Shown: piece after piece, positions 50,515 through 60,550 of the stretch
How the letters are laid out: every line of letters starts with the position of its first letter
Numbering within the stretch: the first letter of the stretch is position 1
Source: an uncultured virus (IMG/VR IMGVR_UViG_3300028888_000136)
Taxonomy: Duplodnaviria; Heunggongvirae; Uroviricota; Caudoviricetes
Reading direction: 5' to 3' (one strand)
Length of the DNA stretch: 64,000 bases
IMG/VR virus record: IMGVR_UViG_3300028888_000136
Translations under genes and position numbers: made by a program
The notes under the pieces: model-generated
The model's database searches: none
Seen by the model: only the letters and a program-made list of their open reading frames with translations
What the model was told of the DNA's origin: nothing

Positions 50515-50913
50515 ATGTCCAAAACAAAACACAAGAAAGATTGTGGAAAATTCAAATCGCATTTTGAATTGGAAGTATCTGAAAAAATGCCGACTGATAG
50601 CTATGAATGCGAGGAAATAGAGTATGAAGTGCCAGTCATTGCAAGAGTGTATCATCCAGATTTCGTGACAGAGCCAGATGGAAAGAAAATATACTGGGAA
50701 TGCAAGGGTAAACCAAGAAATCTTGAGGAAATGAAGAAGTATATCTACGTAAGAAATTCAAATCCAAATATAGATTTGAGGTTTATACTGATGGACAAAA
50801 AGACGCTGATGCCAAGAAGCAAGAAGACCACAGTTGCGGAATGGCTGAAAAAGAACGGATTCGTTTACTATTTATGGCCAGATATTCCAAAAAAACTTTT
50901 ACAAAATTCTTGA
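50515..50913 (+). CDS. T7 endonuclease I-like resolvase
   Basis: Paralog of 18675-19070. Confidence 0.85.
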   Translation: MSKTKHKKDCGKFKSHFELEVSEKMPTDSYECEEIEYEVPVIARVYHPDFVTEPDGKKIYWECKGKPRNLEEMKKYIYVRNSNPNIDLRFILMDKKTLMPRSKKTTVAEWLKKNGFVYYLWPDIPKKLLQNS

Positions 50914-51009
50914 CATTTTCAGAAAAAAAAGATACAATTAAAATTGACTAAATTCTTCTAATACTGGCTGGGAGCGCATACAAGGTGTGTAGCTTCCAGT
51001 TTTTTTTTT

Positions 51010-51097
51010 TAACGAAGGGCTACCCATTTAGAGTAGCCCTTTTTTTTGGTCCAAGCCCAACACTGAAACTCGCACAAAGTCAAACGCGGCAAAGATA
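51010..51097 (-). ncRNA. Putative small RNA downstream of integrase, unit B
   Basis: TATCTTTG box, conserved body, terminator at 51014-51047. Confidence 0.5.
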
Positions 51098-51107
51098 GTA
51101 TTTTTAT

Positions 51108-52082
51108 TTACGAAAGAAGCTTTTCATTGGCCTCGAACAGTTTTTCAACGGGAATATCACCAAGATAATTGTCGGTAATACCAAGAGAATGGCCTAAATT
51201 GCGTTCGATTATCGCATAATTGACACCCTCTCCGTTAAGAATAGTGCAATAACTGTGTCTGGCGAAACAGAAAGAACAGTCACTTCGTAAACCAAGTTTG
51301 CTGGCCACTTTTTTAAGCACTTTGCTGGCGTATGTGTTTATGTACATAACCCTCAAATCCACAGCGTCATCATCGTTGATGTCTGTGTCGTTCAGAAAGC
51401 TGCCGAAAACAAGACCACCGTTGTTTACCTCATCGCCAATCTCGTCAATGACAATTGATAGTTTTTCCGTTACAGGGACGCGCACATAGGCTCCGCTCGA
51501 ATTCCTAACCTTGTGCCTGTGGAAACCAAGTGTTTTCCCTCCACTGTTGCGCCATTCGTCATCATACCTCATACGTAGCAAATCGGCAGCGTTGCAACCG
51601 TTGCAGAGATAGCTGGCGAAGAATATCCCAAGCCACCTTTTCTCTCCATTTGACTTTTCAAGACCAATCCAGTAGTCCCACAGTTTCTGTATGTCATCTT
51701 TTGAAAAATAACTACCCTGACGCTTTCTTGGCTTTTCAAGCTTCACTTTGTCAAGCTCATATGATTTTGAGCGGGTGAGCTTTGCATCGCCATAGAACAC
51801 ACCTATGTACTGTCCATAATTCACTATGGACTGCAAAAGGGCGAAATAGGTTTTGATTGTTGATGCTGATTTCCTCTCGCTTTTCATCAGGTTATGCAGC
51901 CTTGTGGCAAAAGCTGGATTGACATCCTTCATCTGGACTATCCCGTAATGGCTTTCGATGTAGTGGATGATTGTCCTGTAATTGCGGTAGGAAGAACGGC
52001 CTTCCGCCTTCATTACCAGCATTTTCTCTGTCAGCAGCTCGTTGAGTGAGCGATTCTGTTTTTTTGTCCTTTTCATTTGCAC
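51108..52082 (-). CDS. int: Tyrosine recombinase/integrase
   Basis: Close paralog of 19843-20811. Confidence 0.9.
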   Translation of the reverse strand: MQMKRTKKQNRSLNELLTEKMLVMKAEGRSSYRNYRTIIHYIESHYGIVQMKDVNPAFATRLHNLMKSERKSASTIKTYFALLQSIVNYGQYIGVFYGDAKLTRSKSYELDKVKLEKPRKRQGSYFSKDDIQKLWDYWIGLEKSNGEKRWLGIFFASYLCNGCNAADLLRMRYDDEWRNSGGKTLGFHRHKVRNSSGAYVRVPVTEKLSIVIDEIGDEVNNGGLVFGSFLNDTDINDDDAVDLRVMYINTYASKVLKKVASKLGLRSDCSFCFARHSYCTILNGEGVNYAIIERNLGHSLGITDNYLGDIPVEKLFEANEKLLS

Positions 52083-52120
52083 ATTTTTTGGTTAAGTTTA
52101 TACTCGTAACTATTTGATTT

Positions 52121-52169
52121 TCAAATATGCCCGCCATTTTGATGCTGGCAAGACGAAATAATCCATATA
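52121..52169. repeat. att-like 49-bp core, copy 2
   Basis: Identical to 20857-20905. Confidence 0.7.
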
Positions 52170-52347
52170 TTTCCCTCGCACAATCCATCTTATTGAATCA
52201 GAGGTAATTAAACCCTGATTAGTAATTTACACCACCCAAAAAGGGTGGTTTTTTTGTGCCGCAAAGATACAAAAAAAATCCAAACTAGGTCAAAAAAAAG
52301 AGAACTCCCGAAGAAAAGCTGCAAATAGTAGAAAACTTCATCAAACA

Positions 52348-52722
52348 ATGGGAACACATTATACAAAGAAAAGAAGACAGGAGCTCAAAGAACAATTCCT
52401 GCAATATTATGACGAGAGCAAGGCTATGCAGGCTACATCAGCCGAAAGGATAGGTGTTACTGGAAGGACGATTGAAAACTGGAGAAAAAGCGATGAGGAG
52501 TTCAATGAGAAGATGAGCGAAATAGAGAAAAAGTGGGGTGAATGGGTAAAAGGCAAACTGATGACTTTGATTGAGAACAATAATGTCAGTGCCATCATAT
52601 TCTATTGCAAAACGCGCCTTGGTTTTTCCGAGAAGAAAGAAGTTGAGGTTTCCACTAAAAAATCAATTGACGTAGAGAAAGCATTGGAGGATATTAAAAA
52701 GACACTTGGAGAGGAGGACTAA
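52348..52722 (+). CDS. terS: Terminase small subunit
   Basis: IIFYCKT motif; precedes terL. Confidence 0.8.
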   Translation: MGTHYTKKRRQELKEQFLQYYDESKAMQATSAERIGVTGRTIENWRKSDEEFNEKMSEIEKKWGEWVKGKLMTLIENNNVSAIIFYCKTRLGFSEKKEVEVSTKKSIDVEKALEDIKKTLGEED

Positions 52723-53913
52723 ATGGAACTTAGCATTCCAAAGAAATATTTGAAATTCTTCGTATCCAATTTGAAATCAAGGCATTTGGTTATACAGGGG
52801 TCGCGTAGGTCAGCGAAAACTTGGTCTGTGCTGCAATACCTTTTTCTTTTGGCGAGCGGAGCAGAAAGGGAGGACATATTGGTTGTTTCTCCGTCATATC
52901 CGAGCCTGCAAAACACCATACAGGACTTTATGCAGTCAACTGGAATGGTTGTAGAGGGAAGCCAGATATACGGTTTCCATTGCAGACTGGAGAACGGCTC
53001 GATATTCAGATTCGTATCATACGACCGAAAAGAAAAGGCGCAAGGCACAAAATGCTCATATCTATTTGTAGATGAGGCACTTTCGGTTGACGAAGGTATA
53101 ATAAGCACTTTGAGTATGTCCGTAAGCAAACAGATTTTTTTCGCATACAACCCAACGAAGAAAAGCTTCCTTGACAAGTATATAGACAAGGATAAGAAGA
53201 ATTTCATTCTTACATCCTACCTTGACAATGAGTATCTTCCAGAGGAACAAAAAGAAGAATTTCGGCTTATTAAGGACCGCGCTTTGTCTCCAACTGCCAC
53301 TACATTAGATAGATACAACTATTTTGTCTATGTACTTGGAGAATTTTCCTCAATGGCTGGAAAGGTATTCAAAGAGATATGGAATATGACCGATGATGAA
53401 TACAAAGATATAAGAGCCACAGAAATATACGGCCTTGACTTCGGATTTGTTGACAACAACGACAAGACTGTTCTGATAGGAGCGAAGATATTCAACAACT
53501 GCCTGTATCTAAAGGAATACATATTCTCAAACACACTGTCAAAGGATTATGATTTGGCTTGGGCGCTTGTTGACGCAGGAATAACACCTTATGACATAAT
53601 AGCTGCCGACTACGGTGGAATGGGAAAATCAAGGCTTACCAACCTCATCACAGCAAACAACGGTGAATGGGCCGAAAACCCCATAAACAAAGGTTTCAAT
53701 GTATGCAACGCCGTAAAAGGAAGGGTTATTGACGGCATACAAAAAATGCAGCAGTTTGAAAGAATATATGTCACTGAAAACTCCATAAATATGAGGGAAG
53801 AATTCGACAGATACGAACTCAACGAGGAGGGAAAAGAGGTTTCTAAACATCAAAACTGTGTTGACGCTGCCAGATACGCAACGACCACAATGTTGGCTAT
53901 GGGATATAAATAA
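52723..53913 (+). CDS. terL: Terminase large subunit
   Basis: GSRRSAKT, FVDEA, YNP, GLDFG and DAARY motifs. Confidence 0.92.
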   Translation: MELSIPKKYLKFFVSNLKSRHLVIQGSRRSAKTWSVLQYLFLLASGAEREDILVVSPSYPSLQNTIQDFMQSTGMVVEGSQIYGFHCRLENGSIFRFVSYDRKEKAQGTKCSYLFVDEALSVDEGIISTLSMSVSKQIFFAYNPTKKSFLDKYIDKDKKNFILTSYLDNEYLPEEQKEEFRLIKDRALSPTATTLDRYNYFVYVLGEFSSMAGKVFKEIWNMTDDEYKDIRATEIYGLDFGFVDNNDKTVLIGAKIFNNCLYLKEYIFSNTLSKDYDLAWALVDAGITPYDIIAADYGGMGKSRLTNLITANNGEWAENPINKGFNVCNAVKGRVIDGIQKMQQFERIYVTENSINMREEFDRYELNEEGKEVSKHQNCVDAARYATTTMLAMGYK

Positions 53914-53967
53914 CGGACAGTTCTTTATGCTTTCTGACAAATAAACTATGAAAAGAAAATTTGAATT

Positions 53968-54420
53968 ATGTTAATAACAACGAACGATATATACGACAGC
54001 GGCCTTTCTGTTTCAACCGAGATTTCAGAGGCCAGTGTGGAGAGAGCGATAAAAACAGCCGAGCAGTATATGGTAAGACCGAGACTTACGGATGCCATAT
54101 ACATTGAATTTGTAAATGGCGAACACACTGACCTTTTCAACGGTGGTGTAGTTGGTACGAATTATGTGGCAGGATTGAAAGAGGCAATAATTGAATTGTC
54201 ATTTGCCGTCCTTTTGCACCAGTCCATCAATGCAACGACATTCGGGAGTGTTGTGAAAGTTGACGATTATTCCAAATACGCTGGTTATGACAACATAGCT
54301 GAAGAGGCAAAGAGACATATAGAGATAGGTTTGGCTTATTTGAATGAAATCACACATCTCCTTGGTATAAAAGAAGAGGACCAGATTTTGAATAATTTCT
54401 CAAACGAGGAATTCATATAA
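53968..54420 (+). CDS. Putative head-tail adaptor
   Basis: Paralog of 22693-23160. Confidence 0.55.
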   Translation: MLITTNDIYDSGLSVSTEISEASVERAIKTAEQYMVRPRLTDAIYIEFVNGEHTDLFNGGVVGTNYVAGLKEAIIELSFAVLLHQSINATTFGSVVKVDDYSKYAGYDNIAEEAKRHIEIGLAYLNEITHLLGIKEEDQILNNFSNEEFI

Positions 54421-54491
54421 TGCTCTGGAGACTTTGGATAAAAATAAACTGGTTAATGTACCAGTGCTATAGATTACCTATTGCGATATGA
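54420..54491 (+). CDS. Conserved micro-protein upstream of holin
   Basis: MLWRLWIKINWLMYQCYRLPIAI; overlaps both neighbours (TAATG, ATGA). Confidence 0.6.
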   Translation: MLWRLWIKINWLMYQCYRLPIAI

Positions 54492-54808
54492 AGGAAATAG
54501 TGAAGGATTTGATTTTCGGGATGCCTTGGTATTCATACGTTACGCTTTTTTTTGTGATAGCAATGACAACAACAGCTTTCTTTCTACCACCAATTGCAAT
54601 TGTCGATAAATCAATACTTTATACTGGCGCACTCCTTCTTGGCTTTAACTGGTTGATGTTCATAACCATCAACATACCGACATTCATAGAGAAGGGTGCA
54701 AGAATAAGGGCCACTTGGGGTGACAAGAAAATAGAGATAGGAAAAGAAAATAAATTTGAAAACAAAGATACAGATAATGAATATGACCAAGACAATCAAG
54801 ATAGTTAG
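54488..54808 (+). CDS. Putative holin
   Basis: Two transmembrane helices; paralog of 23268-23552. Confidence 0.6.
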   Translation: MKEIVKDLIFGMPWYSYVTLFFVIAMTTTAFFLPPIAIVDKSILYTGALLLGFNWLMFITINIPTFIEKGARIRATWGDKKIEIGKENKFENKDTDNEYDQDNQDS

Positions 54809-55127
54809 CATAGCTATAGAGGCGGTACTTATAGCCGTTTTCATCATCCTGTGTGTCGCTGTTGGAGTGAAGAACAGACATATTAAGGAATACAAGGCAA
54901 CGATAGCCGCACAAACGACTCAAATAGACAGCCTACAGTCAAGATGCGACAGATACGGACAGATGGAAGGAATCAGCGTGTCAACCACATTCGTAATCAA
55001 CAACAAAAACATTATGTCGGTGAACACCAATGCCGTTTCAAATGTTACCAGAAACTACGCTGTAATGACAAAAGAGGAAGTCCTCAAAGCAATTGACAGC
55101 CTGAATAATGTAAACAAGAATCAGTAA
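54783..55127 (+). CDS. Membrane-anchored coiled-coil protein (i-spanin-like)
   Basis: Paralog of 23533-23877. Confidence 0.5.
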   Translation: MTKTIKIVSIAIEAVLIAVFIILCVAVGVKNRHIKEYKATIAAQTTQIDSLQSRCDRYGQMEGISVSTTFVINNKNIMSVNTNAVSNVTRNYAVMTKEEVLKAIDSLNNVNKNQ

Positions 55128-55130
55128 TTT

Positions 55131-56201
55131 ATGGGATTATTTAGCAACAGGAAACAAGAGAATCCGAACATAATCAAAAATGCGGTCCAGATAAACGATG
55201 TTGACCCAGCTGCTGTGGCAAGACCGTTTTCTTTCAATTTCTGGAAGAAGGGCAAAGCCAACTATTCGAGGATGATATGGTACATCATTCTGACCAGACT
55301 GTTCAACGGACTGAAGAATATTAGCTGGAAGACCCAGAAAATCCATTACACCGCTATGGATGTGATTTCATTCATAGAGAAAAACGCTGAGGTTTTGGTT
55401 TACCACTATCTAAAAAACGGTTTCGCTTGCGTCATAGTTGAGAAGAGCGGAAACATCAGATTGCCTCAGACTAACGAATTGAAACTGGACAGCAAATTGC
55501 GAGTGCTCAATCGCAATGCTGTTTGCATTTACAGTGACCCTTATACCATTGAGAACACATCGCACTATATGTTGTCTTTGCCGTACTTGTTGGATATCGA
55601 TGACAGTTTGAATAATTCAAATTTCATAGGAAACCAGCAAGGTCTGTTCGGAATTCTCTCAGGAAAGGGGATGCCTATGTCACCAGCAGCCAAAACCGAT
55701 TTCCAGAAAATGTTGAAAAAGGATTATGGCTTCAACGAGGAACAATACCAATTCATTATATCCAACAACGAGGTTGACTGGACACCAATCCAAATCCCTG
55801 TTGACAAATTGCAGTTTGACGAAAAGACGGTTAACGATTTCAAATGGTTGTGCAACTTGTACGGCCTGAATCCAGATTTCTTCTTGGGCGGCAGTACATT
55901 CAGTAACCAAAGCGAGGCAGTTCGCTCCTTCTACAGAAATGCCGTAGTGCCGTTGGCTGAGGTCCTGTTGAGATTGGCAAGGGGGATTTTCATCTATGTC
56001 AACACCGATATGGAACCGAGCACAATCATTACTTACGATTTGAGTAACGTACCAGAATTCGATGACACACTGTCAAACAAATGTGCAGAGAAGAAAGCGT
56101 ATCTGGATTATTTGTTAGCGCTACGGGACGCTGGTGTGGATATTTCTATTGACCTGAAGAAACTGTACGAGTCAAGCAAGGATATGCTGACAGATGTATA
56201 A
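55131..56201 (+). CDS. Portal protein
   Basis: Paralog of 23889-24959, same length. Confidence 0.85.
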   Translation: MGLFSNRKQENPNIIKNAVQINDVDPAAVARPFSFNFWKKGKANYSRMIWYIILTRLFNGLKNISWKTQKIHYTAMDVISFIEKNAEVLVYHYLKNGFACVIVEKSGNIRLPQTNELKLDSKLRVLNRNAVCIYSDPYTIENTSHYMLSLPYLLDIDDSLNNSNFIGNQQGLFGILSGKGMPMSPAAKTDFQKMLKKDYGFNEEQYQFIISNNEVDWTPIQIPVDKLQFDEKTVNDFKWLCNLYGLNPDFFLGGSTFSNQSEAVRSFYRNAVVPLAEVLLRLARGIFIYVNTDMEPSTIITYDLSNVPEFDDTLSNKCAEKKAYLDYLLALRDAGVDISIDLKKLYESSKDMLTDV

Positions 56202-56228
56202 ATAATCAATTATAATTTATATTGAAAA

Positions 56229-56792
56229 ATGGAAAAAAACTTTATATCACAGACATTCAAGATTGAAAACGCTGCTAAAGATGACAATGGATTGAAAGTG
56301 GAAGGCTTCTGCTGCCATTACAATCAGCGTAATTTAAACGGAGAGATGGTTGATGACAATAGCTACAAAGCGTTTTTCACCCTTTACAACGAAGGCAAAT
56401 TGAAACCTCATTTCAATTGGAATCATACTGATATGATTATCGGTGGAATAGATACCATAGAATCCAAAGACAAAGGGCTTTACATAAGTTGCCATTTGAA
56501 CAACGATGTGGCACTGGTGAGGGATATGATTGCCCCAAATATACTCGCTGGAGACCTTGATTCATTCTCAACGGAAGAGAGTCCGCTTAACGGATATGAA
56601 GATATTGTACAACTTAAGGATAACGGTTTCTATTTGAAGAACGCAATATTGAGAGGTGTGGCAATTGTCTCAATCCCAGCCGACTGGACAGCAAAGTTCA
56701 CAGTTGCCAATTATCTTAAGGAACTTGGTGTTGAACTTGAAAACAAGAAGGATGAAATAGAGAAAAACAGAAAATGGTATTTGTTTTCATAA
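56229..56792 (+). CDS. HK97-family prohead protease
   Basis: Paralog of 24984-25544. Confidence 0.85.
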   Translation: MEKNFISQTFKIENAAKDDNGLKVEGFCCHYNQRNLNGEMVDDNSYKAFFTLYNEGKLKPHFNWNHTDMIIGGIDTIESKDKGLYISCHLNNDVALVRDMIAPNILAGDLDSFSTEESPLNGYEDIVQLKDNGFYLKNAILRGVAIVSIPADWTAKFTVANYLKELGVELENKKDEIEKNRKWYLFS

Positions 56793-56820
56793 CAGCGGGC
56801 TTGGCTCAAAGTTATGAGAT

Positions 56821-56894
56821 GGGCGAGTAGCTCAGTTGGCAGAGCATCTGGTTTGCAACCAGAGGGTCGTGGGTTCAAATCCCACCTGCGTCCA
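56821..56894 (+). tRNA. tRNA-Ala(UGC)
   Basis: Cloverleaf; anticodon arm tctgg-tttgcaa-ccaga; GTTCAAAT T-loop; G3:U70. Confidence 0.9.
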
Positions 56895-56999
56895 CATAAA
56901 AACATATCAGAAAACAAATTAACAGGCAGAACTGCCATAGCTCTAACTATAAACAAGTAGAGATTATTTGTAACAATAACTTAATAAACAAAAACAACA

Positions 57000-58268
57000 A
57001 TGAAAGAGACTTTCAAACTTTTCATACAGAATTCAATTGAAGAGAAACAGAAGTTGCTCGTTTCAAACTCAATTAATGAGGAGGACAAAGCCCTTATTCA
57101 AGAACAAATCGATAACTTGACCGCTATGGTGGAAAAAGTTGACGCTCTTGAAGACGGTGAAAAAGCCAACGAAGCTATTGAGGACCTGAAACAAACCGTT
57201 GCTGAAATGGCTGAGAAACTTGTTTCTATCAATGAGAAATTAAATCAAAAAGAAGAGAATAACGAAACAGAAATCGAAAAAGAAATGGAATACTTACAGA
57301 CTAAAAACAGCGTCAACGATTTTGTTGCCGCTATCAAAAACTCCAGAAATGGCGAAGAGCTGAAAGCCAACTGGAATGAAATGCTTGTCAAGAACGGCAT
57401 CACTTTTGAGGATGGAGAGGAATTCGCTTATCTTCCTGATTACGTTCGCGGTAAAATCTCCGACCTCTGGGAAAAAGGAGCTGGATTTTTAAGCTCTTTA
57501 AGAAACAGCGGAGCAAAGCGTTTTGTAGTTCGCCACAACAACAGCGACAAGAACGCAGAAACCTCAAGAGCAAAAGGTTGGAAAAAGGGCGACACCAAAG
57601 TCGGTCAAAGCATCGTTTTGGGTGCAAAGACCATCAACCCTCAGTTCATCTACAAACTTATTGACATTGACAAACAAACCGAGTTCGAGGATGACGGTTC
57701 ATTACTTGACTATGTTTTGGAAGAGCTTGTAAATCAGCTACTTAGCGAGGAACGTCGTGCCATATTGGTTGGTGATGGGCGTGCTGCTGACAGCGATTAT
57801 AAAATCACCTCTTTTGAGACTATTGCAAAGGACACCACAGACGCTTACACAACTGTTATGACAGCTTCCGAAACCTTCCTGATAGACGATATTCGCAAGA
57901 TGGGTGACGAACTGAACAACGAGGATAACAAGGATGTGTTCTTGTTCATCTCAAAGGCTGATTTCCGTACACTTGCAAGAGTGCAGGCTTCAGAAACCTC
58001 AACTCCTATCTATATGAGTGACGAGCAAGTTGCTGAAATGTGCGGTGTCACGAAGATTTTCAAAACCGATTTACTTGGTGGCGAATCCGACTACAAAGCC
58101 CTTATGATGATTCCTTCCGAATATGTTTTGGTCGGTGCTAATGTTTTGAATCCTGAACTTACCACTCAACACAACATTTACACAAACAACACTGCATACA
58201 GAGTTGAATGTCCCGCTGGCGGTGGTATAAACGGTTTGAAATCAACTGTTTGTCTTAAAAACGCTTAA
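57000..58268 (+). CDS. Major capsid protein
   Basis: Paralog of 25615-26901. Confidence 0.85.
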   Translation: MKETFKLFIQNSIEEKQKLLVSNSINEEDKALIQEQIDNLTAMVEKVDALEDGEKANEAIEDLKQTVAEMAEKLVSINEKLNQKEENNETEIEKEMEYLQTKNSVNDFVAAIKNSRNGEELKANWNEMLVKNGITFEDGEEFAYLPDYVRGKISDLWEKGAGFLSSLRNSGAKRFVVRHNNSDKNAETSRAKGWKKGDTKVGQSIVLGAKTINPQFIYKLIDIDKQTEFEDDGSLLDYVLEELVNQLLSEERRAILVGDGRAADSDYKITSFETIAKDTTDAYTTVMTASETFLIDDIRKMGDELNNEDNKDVFLFISKADFRTLARVQASETSTPIYMSDEQVAEMCGVTKIFKTDLLGGESDYKALMMIPSEYVLVGANVLNPELTTQHNIYTNNTAYRVECPAGGGINGLKSTVCLKNA

Positions 58269-58368
58269 TCAACCATAAACAACACGATATAATTTATAGC
58301 TGACGGTGGGTGAAGTCGTAGTAGCCCACCATTATTAAAGAATAATCAAAAACAAAACATATACTAAA

Positions 58369-58983
58369 ATGGGAAAATGTGATAAATTCATAGAAACCTG
58401 TATCAAAGCCGACTGCAAGAAACCGCCTTTCACTGGTGTAGAGGAAAAGGCTTGGATTTTCAACAGAGCAGAATGGTTGGAACCCACTTGGAATGCTTCT
58501 AACCCCAACCTTATTGATGCCATCAACTTGGCTGACGGTGCAACTGGTTACACTGTAAACCAATTGGGCAAGACCCCTTACACTGGGACCACTGTGGAAT
58601 TAGTGGAGGGAGCGTTTGGCAATACTTTCACAAGTACGGTACAATTTTTGGTACCTGACAACTCTGCGGCTGCTTCATCTGGAATTTTGGACCAACTTGC
58701 TGGTGGTAAGTTCGTTATGATTCTAGCTAACTCCTATGCGGGTTCGGATTCAAAGTCAAGATACCAAGTGTTCGGTGTCAACAAAGGTTTAAGCTGTACA
58801 GCTATGACCAACGACAAATACAATGCTGACGCTCTCGGTGGATGGCAAGTCACTTTGACTGAGGAAGCTGGCGGTGGCTCTGCTTATTTCCTCTATCACG
58901 AGACTCAACAAGGTGTTGACGACACTCTTGACTATATCGGCACCAAAACCGACAACTGCGGTCAGGATGAAAACAACGGCTAA
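58369..58983 (+). CDS. Putative major tail (tube) protein
   Basis: Paralog of 27007-27588. Confidence 0.55.
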   Translation: MGKCDKFIETCIKADCKKPPFTGVEEKAWIFNRAEWLEPTWNASNPNLIDAINLADGATGYTVNQLGKTPYTGTTVELVEGAFGNTFTSTVQFLVPDNSAAASSGILDQLAGGKFVMILANSYAGSDSKSRYQVFGVNKGLSCTAMTNDKYNADALGGWQVTLTEEAGGGSAYFLYHETQQGVDDTLDYIGTKTDNCGQDENNG

Positions 58984-59103
58984 TAACCGATACAGTAAAC
59001 AAACAAACAACCACATTCTATCAATTTAGGATGTGGTTCTTTTTTTTTATAAAGAACTGCTTTGCATTTGACGGCAATAAGGTAGAAAACATTTTCAAAG
59101 ATT

Positions 59104-59493
59104 ATGACCAAAGAAGAGATGATTGAAAAAATAAAAGGCGTGAAAAGCCCTAACAATGAGATTAAGACAATATATTCTGTTCTTGACGAGCTTGGTGTCA
59201 AGTACAAGAAGACAACCTGTCCAAAATGCAGAAAAGACCTTTACAATATCGCCCTCGAAGAGCTTGGTATGATTAAAAGCGCGGCTGAAAAGAGCGATTT
59301 CAACAAAGTCCCAGATGACGCTGAATACAGGTTCATCAGGAAGACAGGGACAGTATGGAAAGGTAAACTGTACGACCAGAACACACCTGTTGAAATGATA
59401 AGGGAATTCGTAAAACATTTCCCTGTCGGTTTCTACGAGAAAATAGAAAAGAAAGAACCTCAACAAGAGGAAACAATAAATAACAAAGAGTAA
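59104..59493 (+). CDS. CxxC-containing hypothetical protein
   Basis: Paralog of 27691-28053. Confidence 0.7.
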   Translation: MTKEEMIEKIKGVKSPNNEIKTIYSVLDELGVKYKKTTCPKCRKDLYNIALEELGMIKSAAEKSDFNKVPDDAEYRFIRKTGTVWKGKLYDQNTPVEMIREFVKHFPVGFYEKIEKKEPQQEETINNKE

Positions 59494-59504
59494 TTTATAT
59501 TAAA

Positions 59505-60524
59505 ATGAAATTAAATGATGTAAAATTTCTGCCAGCAACCAACGCTGTTGCTGATGTATATACAAAGGCCACTGGTTTGCCCATTGTTGGCGAAATGATG
59601 GTGGCCGCAGCTGGTCAAGGCGGTGAGCCGACACCTCCGACACCGACACAATTCACATTCACATCCATAAAAATAATCAAAAATGCTGTAGATGACTACA
59701 CTATAGAGGCCACATCCAACATACCAGCTCCAGTTGATAATGCAAGAGCGTATTTGGAAGATTCCTTATCCCAATGGGGAGGCAGTGTTTCTCCGACAGA
59801 AAATGGTTCTACACAGTGGGTTTTGAATCCCAATTATGAATATTTTTTCAATGAGGGAAGCATCCCGACAGAAGGTGGCCAATGTACAGCTTGGGGTGAG
59901 TTCATTGAAGGCGATGACCACACCATTCATTGCGATTGGACTTACGAACAACCAGCACCTATTTACGACTTGAATATTGAATTTATGGGAGGTGGACAAG
60001 CTACGGTTTCAGCAAGTGCGAGAGTTGATTATTCTGCCGATGAGATATATTACAGAAGCGGTGGAGTGGACATCAGACTAAAACCGATGGAAGGTGACTA
60101 CACCATACTTGAACTTGATAATGATTATACAAATCGGTTTGACGATATACATTCAACAACTCTTTACGGAACGATTGAAGTGTTTTCTCCAGAGCAAGGT
60201 GAAAATATCGCAACATTTGAATTAGAAGCGACTGTAACGCCTATGTTCAATGTTATGGATATTTCCGTCAACCAAGACGATGTTGACAAATACTCCATAA
60301 ACGGAAGCGGTGATTTTGCCCCAAGAGAAATGTTTGATAGTGATTGTATAGCTGAATTTGAAGGATGTGAAAACCCAATATCATTGTATATTAGCGATTA
60401 CGGGTCAATTGAAGGATTTTATGATGGTGTCGCGTCTTTCCAAGACGGCGGAAGTGTGACGGTTACAGATATTAACAACAACATTTCTTGGAGTGGCACA
60501 TATAGATATAATTCGTTGCCTTAA
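59505..60524 (+). CDS. Modular virion-associated protein
   Basis: Paralog of 28065-29114. Confidence 0.65.
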   Translation: MKLNDVKFLPATNAVADVYTKATGLPIVGEMMVAAAGQGGEPTPPTPTQFTFTSIKIIKNAVDDYTIEATSNIPAPVDNARAYLEDSLSQWGGSVSPTENGSTQWVLNPNYEYFFNEGSIPTEGGQCTAWGEFIEGDDHTIHCDWTYEQPAPIYDLNIEFMGGGQATVSASARVDYSADEIYYRSGGVDIRLKPMEGDYTILELDNDYTNRFDDIHSTTLYGTIEVFSPEQGENIATFELEATVTPMFNVMDISVNQDDVDKYSINGSGDFAPREMFDSDCIAEFEGCENPISLYISDYGSIEGFYDGVASFQDGGSVTVTDINNNISWSGTYRYNSLP

Positions 60525-60550
60525 AAATAACTGAATAATTTACACAATAT

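Larger units (their letters stand above)
20857..52120. mobile_element. Phage unit B, apparently complete 31.3-kb temperate siphovirus-like genome
   Basis: Bounded by two identical 49-bp cores; carries terminase, portal, protease, capsid, tail, tape measure, Sak, lysin and integrase. Confidence 0.82.

Noticed and set aside
56895..56999. tRNA-associated theta/HDV-like ribozyme
   Set aside because: Sequence after the tRNA is A-rich and lacks the nested pseudoknot pairings.
58300..58328. Resemblance of GGGTGAAGTCGTA to the 16S rRNA 3' region
   Set aside because: Only ~13 nt, and the unit B counterpart departs from it while keeping the hairpin; treated as chance.
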